A stretch of DNA of 64,000 nt from Eledone cirrhosa (Eukaryota). This document shows positions 54,877-64,000 of this stretch, piece after piece. The translations under genes and the position numbers were made by a program. The notes beneath the pieces are model-generated. The model searched no databases. It saw nothing but the letters and a program-made list of their open reading frames with translations, and had not been told where the DNA came from. Location: NCBI GenBank assembly GCA_964016885.1, contig OZ024743.1, positions 338,086,001 to 338,150,000 of the forward strand. The letters run 5' to 3'. Each line of letters starts with the position of its first letter. The first letter of the stretch is position 1.

Positions 54877-55964
54877 CATTGTACATTATCTTTGGCGAAG
54901 CTAACCGGCGCCACCGCTCTTTGCTATATAGATAGATATATAAATATATAGACAGGGAGAGACACAGAGAGGTTACTAATAATACACTGGCTAATATAAC
55001 AGCAGTACCAATGTTTTAGTACCTTCTAGCAATCTCTTCTCTATGTGGGTGTTCATTTTTATTTATTTATCTATTTATTTAGTCATTTTGTAAGTATATT
55101 TTCAACAATTGGGCAGTGTTCCTTCATATACTACCTTTATTAAATTAAGGTGATGGTGTGGTAGAAGTGTAAGGGTCGGACAGAATGCTTTGCAGTGTTC
55201 TTTTTGGCTCTCTGCACTCTCTAAGTTCAAATACCGTCGAGGTCAACTTAGCCCTTCCTCCCTTCGTGGTTGAAAGAAAAACCCTCTAAGTCCTCTATAT
55301 CTCTTATCTCAGTTCGTCTTTATCACCCTCTCTCCTTCTCTGGAAGAAATCGGCTTTGTTCAGACCTGGAGAGGGGATGGGCTCCGCCACGTTTCAAGGG
55401 CCTGAGAAAGACACTCAGTATGGTGCAACAACGGCCCTGCTATTCCACCAGGAGTTACGGGTCCATACATACTTAATACTGTAAGTCCCAATCCCGTCAA
55501 GGCCGTCTTTCCCTTACATCCTTCCGGTGTCGAAAAAATAAAGTACCTGTAAAGTACTGGGGTCGATGTGATTGACTTTTCCCTCCCAACAAATTGGCAT
55601 TGTACCTAGATGTGTAGTAGTAATATTCATAGTAGTAGTATTTGGGGGGGGGGGGGGGTGAATAGTTGTACAGGAGTGTTTAGTGGCGGTGTAATGTCTT
55701 ACGTAATTTAATGGTGTCTACGAGAGAGCGATGGTATGGAGAGAATTGAGTCCTATATTCCACCAGCTCCGGTCTCTAGCAAGTTTTAAATGCCCAAGAC
55801 TCCAGCAGGAGTTAAGGTCCCTTGCATGTATACACTATAACCTAAAAGCATACCCTTCTCAACTTGATGTCCACTTATAACTCCACCCGATTCAAAGCCC
55901 TATAACGAATAGTAATCGATGATGATGATATTGATAAAGATGATGAATATCATGGGGGAGAAGT

Positions 55965-56102
55965 CGGCTTTCCCGATGATTTCCTTCGAATGAAACAGTT
56001 CTAGTCCTGTAGAAACCATTTCTATATTAAATTTCGTATATACTCTACTAATGTATTGAGTACCTTACTTACTGTGGTTACCTCCGATTGAACCCGGGAC
56101 TC
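55965..56102 (+). mobile_element. Solo P3 pLTR-like element with a hammerhead variant (core CCGATGA)
   Basis: Reads TTTC-CCGATGA-T TTC CTTC GAA T-GAAA-CAG TTCTAGTC CTG-TA-GAAA. The tail is homologous to 60490-60566. Antisense fragments lie at 56574-56610 and 56622-56660. Confidence 0.75.
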
Positions 56103-56496
56103 ATATATATATATATAACATGAGAAGGGTATAGTTAAATGAATTTAATTCTTTTTATTACACGTACAGAAATTTATCGATCTCGAAGAAATAATTAATA
56201 GAATCAACCCTACATGAAATTTGAAAAGAGAAAGAGTGAGAGAGTGAAGTTTGAAATCTGGTTCTTTTCTAAATCGGCGAAGTTAAATACTTCTTATGTC
56301 ATAATAATAAATATTTCATTATACCATCTATCTGCAATATGTAGTGGAGGTGGGTATGTATAAGGCCCTTAAACGAAAACCAAAAATAAAAACACACGCA
56401 TAAATACATAACATACACACACATATATATAATGATCAAGGGTTGTGGAAAAATCACGGAAGCAAAGATGCTGATGTTCAATATTTCATTTATAAA

Positions 56497-56581
<85 letters not shown>

Positions 56582-56653
56582 AATGGCTCCTACAAGACTA
56601 GAACTGTTTTATATATATATATAATATAGAAATGGCTTCTTCAGGACGAGAAC

Positions 56654-56697
<44 letters not shown>

Positions 56698-56779
56698 CGC
56701 GTTATCTTATGCCCTAATGGTGTGAATAAAAATGGTTATATTGGATATAAAAACTATTAGAGACCGTGAAAGGGATTGG

Positions 56780-56912
56780 CATACGTACATACATACATCC
56801 ATACATACATACATACGTATATACATACATACATACATACATACATACATACATACATACATACATACATACATACATACATACATACATACATACATAC
56901 ATACATACATAC
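56780..56912. repeat. (CATA)n tetranucleotide microsatellite
   Basis: Directly visible. Confidence 0.95.
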
Positions 56913-57448
56913 CTTGATGCACACGTACACTTGTCAGATATCTTAATTATAAAAGAGGGAAGGTATATGAAGCCTGAAGCAAATATATACAATATGTGTT
57001 TCAGTTTGTATGAGTGCGAGATTCCTAATTAGGATACAGCTATGTTATATCACCTGTCTATTTTACCTGTAATATGATAGAAACAGTAAGTTAGTACGTG
57101 TGAAATAGTGAATTACTAAAAGTGCTAATGTATATGTTACAGGCGACGAATTGGTAGAGTCGTTAGAACGTCGGATAGAATGCTTTGCGGTATTCATTTC
57201 GGCTCTCAGCTCAGTTTAAATCCCATTGAGGTCAATTTTGCCTTTCATCTTTTCGAAGTCGATAAAAAATGTACCAGTCATGTACTGGAGTCGATTCTTC
57301 TTCTATATCTCTTTCTCACTTCCATTCTCTCACTCTCTATCCTCCTTTGTAAGGAATCTGATGTATTCAGACCTGGAGAGGAGCTGGACTCCGCTTGGTT
57401 TAAAAATTCCCGTATGTCAATTCGGCGTCCCTACGACTCCTTCAGGAG

Positions 57449-57680
57449 TTAACCCTTTAACATTTACATTACTCTATATATACTATTGTATTTTTGTGGT
57501 AAAGGCTTTCTTTATCTTACATAATATCTCACATAATATCGAATCTATGAGATTTTGATATTTATTTTGAGAACAATACCTTATCCTTGATATTATGAGT
57601 GGCCAGTTACAGCCAGTTTGAACAGAAAGAAGTGACAGAACTCTGGTCGGATATGGCCGGTTTAAATGCTAAAGGGTTAA
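57449..57680. mobile_element. piggyBac-like MITE with TTAA TSD, abutting the tail of a SINE-C copy
   Basis: TTAA-CCCTTTAACATTTA ... TAAATGCTAAAGGG-TTAA. Confidence 0.78.
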
Positions 57681-58055
57681 GCGACAAAAAAAAAAAGAGT
57701 ACATAGAAATAAATAATTTGCTTAGTAAATAAATGTAGCGATGAAGATTAAGAGAGTAGTTGTAGCGCTGGACAAATATTTAGCAGTATTTGGTCCGGCT
57801 CTTTACGTTCTGAGTTCAAATCTTGCTAGGGCCAACATTGCTTTTCGTCCTTCTGGGGTGGGCTAAATAAGGTACCAGTAAAAGACTTGGTCGGTATAAT
57901 CGGCTTGCCGCTCCACCAAAATTGCTGGCCTTGTGCCTAAATTAGAAATTATTATTGTTATTTGTTGTTGTTGTTGTTTTGTATTAAGTTAAACAAACAC
58001 AACCATCACGTGATAAACATGCAATTATCTCTGTTAAAGATTAAATAGATGGAGA

Positions 58056-58098
<43 letters not shown>

Positions 58099-58124
58099 CA
58101 TATATTATGCATATATTGTACTTG

Positions 58125-58176
<52 letters not shown>

Positions 58177-58827
58177 TAGACGGTAGTATTGAAAGAGAAT
58201 ATAGTGGAGCTGTTATTAGATAGGAATTTTATAAAGATAACATAGATACGGGCTGGAAAGAGGAGGTGGTGAGAGAAAGAAAGAAAGAATGTAAGAAGGA
58301 TAGAAAGAAAGAAAAGGGGGAGGGGGGGGTATGGCTGAGAATGATAGAAGAATCTCAAACATCAGGTCAGCTGTATATTGAAGAAGTCTTAGGTATTTGT
58401 TTGGGCTGAAAGTTATGTGTGTGTGTGTATGTTGGTGTTATGTATGTCTATCTGTGGCTATGGTTATATCTGTTGTGTGTGTGTGTATGTAGGTATGTGT
58501 ATGTGTGTCTATATGTGGCTATGGTTATGTCTGTTGTGTGTGTGTGTATGTAGGTATGTGTATGTAGATCTGTGTGGCTATGATAGGGTAAAACTGAAAA
58601 TAGGAATCAAACGAAATGAACAACACATTACAATTCTGTTATCTCTCAGCTCCCCCCTTTTATTTTCATGCACCCAACTCAGCTCCCCTATTTTATAATG
58701 CACTCAGCCCCTTCACTCACATCCGTACACTCACTCCTACACACACACACGCACACATACTCACACACATACATACATCCATTCTGAGCATTTTCTCCAC
58801 CATCTCAGCTGATACATATATAGAAGT

Positions 58828-58906
<79 letters not shown>

Positions 58907-58992
58907 CAGGTATATATACACACAGATACAGGTATATATACCTATATGTATACAGGTATATATACATATATATATATATACCTGTATATAGG

Positions 58993-59074
<82 letters not shown>

Positions 59075-59514
59075 GGTATATATTCCCACCCATATCAAAT
59101 ACTGCAAAACACTTTCGCCAATCAATCTATCACCCCCTAGACTGGCTGGTGGTACTTCATTTATCTACTCCGAATGTATGAGATGCAAAGAAAGCTAAGT
59201 TGAACTGGGAGCTCACTGAGCCGTAATGGATATCGAGGCATTTAATCCGAGGCTCAAACAACTCTGCCAATTCACTGAGTAGTAAATAGATACGTAATAA
59301 ATGAATAAATAGTAAAGAATAAAAAGTAAAAAAAAAATGAACTCATCCTGAAACACCAACCAATCATATAAACTTTATCGCATCACCATTTTATTTTTAT
59401 TCTACAGCACATAGCCAAACATTTCTGGTTTATCTTCCTTTCAACTATCTCCACCAACACAAACACCACAACCATTACCATCTCCACCAACACAACACCA
59501 ACAATCCCTTCATT

Positions 59515-59820
59515 CTCTTATCTCTGCAACACCCACCATACCTTCCTAACTTATTCTCCAAAAACTCCACTCCTCTCACCCTCAACCTGTTATCCTTGCA
59601 ACACCTCCACCTTCCCTCTCATTCCCCCAAAACCTCCACTTTTCTCATCCCATACGAGATATCCTTGCAACCCCACCCTCCCTAACTCCTTCCCCCCAAA
59701 CCTTCACTCCTCTCATCCATATGAGATATCCTTTCAACCTCCACCCTTCTTCAGTCTTCCCCAAACCTCCACTCCATCTTACCCCATACCAGTTATCCCT
59801 GGGTACTATTCCTTACCTTC
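59515..59820. repeat. Degenerate ~68-72-bp C-rich minisatellite (4-5 units)
   Basis: Recurrent ATCCTTGCAAC..CCACC..CCCCAAAACCTCCACT..TCTCATCC.ATA.GAG. Confidence 0.7.
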
Positions 59821-59886
59821 CCTTGCTAAATATAGAGACCTCGTGCATGGAACGTGCAGTACCCGTCTTCCGAGATAATACACACA

Positions 59887-60001
<115 letters not shown>

Positions 60002-60384
60002 ATATATGTGTCTGTGTATGTATATGTATGTATGGGTATCTACACTTTATTTTCCTTAAGTAAAGAGCACAAAGTTGAATAATGGTTTTATTGGACTTGT
60101 AAAATATCGTACATTTCTCTCTGTGTGTGTATGTGCGCGCGTGTGTGCGTGCGTGTGTGTGTTATGTTTATATATATATATATATACATATACATACACA
60201 CACACATGCATACACACACATATATATGTGTATATATGTATATATATATAATATGTACAACTATATGTATATGTGTGCGTATGTGTATATATATATATAT
60301 ATATATAATATGTACAACTATATGTATATGTGTGCGTATGTGTATATATATATATATATATATAAATAGTTTTAATATAGATGA

Positions 60385-60433
60385 GATTCTACAGGACTAG
60401 AACTGTTTCATTCTTTAGAAATCATCAGGAATC
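60385..60433 (-). ncRNA. Identical hammerhead ribozyme on the minus strand (left palindrome arm)
   Basis: Exact reverse complement of 60440-60488. Confidence 0.8.
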
Positions 60434-60439
60434 TGGCCG

Positions 60440-60488
60440 GATTCCTGATGATTTCTAAAGAATGAAACAGTTCTAGTCCTGTAGAATC
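60440..60488 (+). ncRNA. Type I hammerhead ribozyme, intact core, predicted cleavage after GUA (60483)
   Basis: Stem I GATTC/GAATC; CTGATGA at 60445-60451; stem II TTC-TAAA-GAA with a U.U at its base; GAAA at 60464-60467; stem III CAG/CTG; then TA. Confidence 0.82.
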
Positions 60489-60576
60489 TCATCTATATTA
60501 AAACTTTTATACTCTGCTATGTATTGAGTACCTTACTTACTGTGGTTACCTCCGATTCAACCCGGAATAACGTACC

Positions 60577-60614
<38 letters not shown>

Positions 60615-60955
60615 TGTGTGTGTGTGTGCGTGTGCGTGTGTGTGTATCTATCTATATACACACATACATATAGTATGTGTGTATATAGATATAATAGTAA
60701 TACAGTGAGAGGTAGAAATAGATATGCAGCCGCCGCACCCACATACGCACACAGACCTGAATAATTCCAGTAGCTACTGTCATTTCGACTAAAAGAAACG
60801 TAGTCAGTGGTACACATCAGGATACGCTATCGAATCCACGCCATATATGGCCAGCTGTAACCAAATAACAAACTTATACCAAGGATCCTACCATTTTTGA
60901 GTTCTTCAGTGTTGTGTGTTAGCGTGTGCTTATATATATATTTTTTTTTTTCCTA

Positions 60956-61041
<86 letters not shown>

Positions 61042-61050
61042 CATATATGA

Positions 61051-61083
<33 letters not shown>

Positions 61084-62504
61084 CATGTATATATGTGTGT
61101 GTGTGTGTATGTATGTACGTGTATATCAGCTGAGGTGGTGGAGAAGTTACTAAGACTTGATGTATGTTTGTGTATGCTTCTTCCTCGATAAAATGTTGTG
61201 AGAGATTTATCAACGAAAACATAATAAAAAATAATATATTCCAAATAGAAAGTGAAAACAAAGAATTAACAAAATATATCTATATTTATTTCTTGTTTAA
61301 ACAAATATTGCTATTTATAATAATGATAATAATTAGGATGATGATGATGATGATGATTAATATCATCATCATCATCACTATTGTTGGTGTTGTTTTGGCT
61401 ATAGTCCTTCCGAAATCGCGACATAGTTTCTATTCATCGTTAAAAGACCGTCCACTTCCCTTATACCACAAATAGGGCGATATTATTCATAAAGATGACC
61501 AAGCAGGAGCCTGAGTCGGCCATACAGATTAGGGATCCGTCATTTTTGTTCACTTTGCTGTAGTGGGCGTGAAGGATTGAAGTGTCAGTGGGGCCCGGAA
61601 ATACTTTAAAGCCTAGGGACCCGGCCATGGGTTAATACGGTCCAGACCACAAATGCCATTGCTGAAAGGTTTGAACACATTGCGATATTATACCCCCTGC
61701 TGACTGTAAATACGAGTTATTGACACTGTCAAAAATCGTTATGGCTGTTGTTTTAGCCTTGTGTGTATTAACAGAATCGTTAGAACGTCAGACAAACACT
61801 TTGCAGCATTTATTTACGGCCATTTACGCCTAAATCCCACTGAGGCCAACATAACTTTATTTTTATTCATTTATTTATTCATTTAGTCTTTCCGGGTTCG
61901 ATAAAATAAAATACCAGTATAATATTGAGTCAATTTAATTGACTTTCCCTTCTCTTCAAAATGCTGTCCATGTGCCTTAATTAGAAACCATTTAGCCTTA
62001 TGATAAAAGGCGCCCAGTCGGTGACCATCCACCATTCGCTATAACCAGAACACCATTGTTCCTCGTTTTTTTTTTGGGGGGGGGGGGGGGGGTTTAAAGA
62101 TTTTCAGGTGTGATTTGAAAGAGTGATATGTTTCTTCCGGTGAAGCGAAGCTTATGTCCCGGTTTCAATTTACACCTGAAACTATTTTCGTTTCACTTAA
62201 GTCACTATTACCATTGAAGGAAGGCATGAGAGTCACAACACCTCTTTATCCTAAAAATATAACAGCTATATGCTTTTCGTGAAAATAAAAAGGCAAATGA
62301 GTATCCCATGGGCCAAATATGAACTATGAAATGGCGTTTCACATGAATGTGTGTGTGTATCTGTGTTTGTGTCTGTGTGTGTGTGTGTCTGTGTCTCTGT
62401 GTGTGTGTGTCTTTCTCTCTCTCTCTCACACACACACAGACACGTGCGTATCACAATTGGTTATGCAGTAGAAGTCTTAGATTAAATTCCAGTAATAGTT
62501 GCAT

Positions 62505-62610
<106 letters not shown>

Positions 62611-62615
62611 GCATA

Positions 62616-62672
<57 letters not shown>

Positions 62673-63009
62673 AGATTGATAGATAGATATGCATATTCAT
62701 ATACACATATATATGTGTATGTATCTTTCTCTCTCTATATATATGTGTATGCGGCGTGTGTGTGTATGCGTGTGTGTGTGCGCTCACTGCTGATAGCATG
62801 CAGGTGGCACTTTTGGTGGTCGTGTGCCGCTTTTGGTTAAGTGTAAGATGCTAGTCACCACCCATTAATATTCTTCTTCCTCAACACCATCTCTTCCTTC
62901 ATCCCCCACCCCATCCACCTCCTCCTCTTCTTTCATCAACACCTTCTCTTCCTCCACCTTTTCCTTCATACCTACCCCCTTCTCTTTACCTCCTTTTCTC
63001 TTTTCATAT

Positions 63010-63112
<103 letters not shown>

Positions 63113-63129
63113 TATATGTGTTCAGGTAT

Positions 63130-63272
63130 TTCTTACGTAATCTGGAAGGAGTTAAAACAGCTCACCGACAAAAACAGTTATGGAATTTCTCAGAGGATGC
63201 CGGGTTTCTGTTGATGTTCTCATGTCGATATTACAGTTGGCTTCCTTGAGTTCCTTAAATAAACAATCGGTC
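63130..63272 (-). mobile_element. Possible degraded CR1/Jockey-type LINE 3' fragment
   Basis: The minus-strand translation ...LRNSITVFVGELF*LLPDYVRN resembles the 'NS..V.GP.LFN.LP..IRN' motif near LINE RT C-termini. Confidence 0.4.
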
Positions 63273-64000
63273 AAAGTAAGAGGGAGAGGGAGGTGTAGTA
63301 AGGAAGGAGCTGAAAGAGAGCGGGTGGTGTGTGTGAGAGAGAGAGGTGGAGGTTGATCTGTATTGCAGCTTCTGTTATCACCTGAGTGCTGTGTGTATTT
63401 TGGCAAGAGACCACTTTGCAGAGACAGAGTGTTGTAGGGTTGCGAGGGTAGTTAGGTAGCAAGCTAGCAACTCGGGTGGAAAGGATGTAGGTGTATAAAA
63501 GAATACAGGAGATAGAGAGGGTGGGAGGGAGAGAGAGAAAGAGAGAGGAGTGTGAAAGACGGTGGGGAGGAAGAAAAAATGAGAAAGAGAGAAGGAACAA
63601 GCTGAAATTACCTTTCATGGTTAGAGCAACCTGATTAAATATAACAAGAGAACTACTGAATTTCAACTTCCTAGAATACAAGAAGCAGCTGCCTCCAATG
63701 TGTTTTTCCCAAATATGAAGCGATTCTTAGAACTGCTATTCCATTCAAAAAACAGCTTTTTTTATTCTTCAGATTCTCGTGTTTATTTTTGTATCTTTTT
63801 CATAAATATTCCATTTCTAGTGACATTAATAGCATAAGTGAAGTGAAATAAGTTGAAATAGCTACAACCAGGAACTGAGTATGAGTCACGAAAGTTTATA
63901 TCTCTTACTTAACTTCCACATATCTATTTACCTAACTTCCACATAGCTTTGTAGTCAACTTCCACATAACTCTATATTCCACTTCCATAATCTTTTATTC

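Larger units (their letters stand above)
60369..60566. mobile_element. P3 element: 136-bp near-perfect palindrome (60369-60504) plus pLTR-like tail, within TA/GT microsatellites
   Basis: The arms are reverse complements around 60436/60437. The tail ACTCTGCTATGTATTGAGTACCTTACTTACTGTGGTTACCTCCGATT is shared with 56040-56090. Confidence 0.88.

Overview
Eukaryotic, AT-rich, repeat-dominated genomic DNA. It is most likely from a coleoid cephalopod (octopus-like), which I infer from the SINE and microsatellite landscape and a mollusc-type paramyosin N-terminus. Nearly all long ORFs in the track are artefacts of satellites and microsatellites. Main contents: (1) a 13-kb ~50-56-bp satellite followed by a 60-bp minisatellite (1-15330); (2) a cluster of Penelope-like retroelements (PLEs), namely a Naiad-like copy on - and a Neptune-like copy on + bracketed by inverted pseudo-LTRs (17.4-24.3 kb); (3) a 24-bp satellite flanked by its 8-bp parent repeat (26.7-35.3 kb); (4) many tRNA-derived SINEs, mariner/hAT/piggyBac-type MITEs, and CRE and RTE LINE fragments; (5) a promoter and first coding exon of a probable paramyosin gene at ~50.4-50.7 kb, with the rest of the window apparently intron 1. 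The most notable hidden signal is a set of short palindromic elements inserted in (TA)n arrays that carry type I hammerhead ribozymes or their remnants. Two of them have a hammerhead fold on both strands, and one of those lies inside the putative paramyosin intron.
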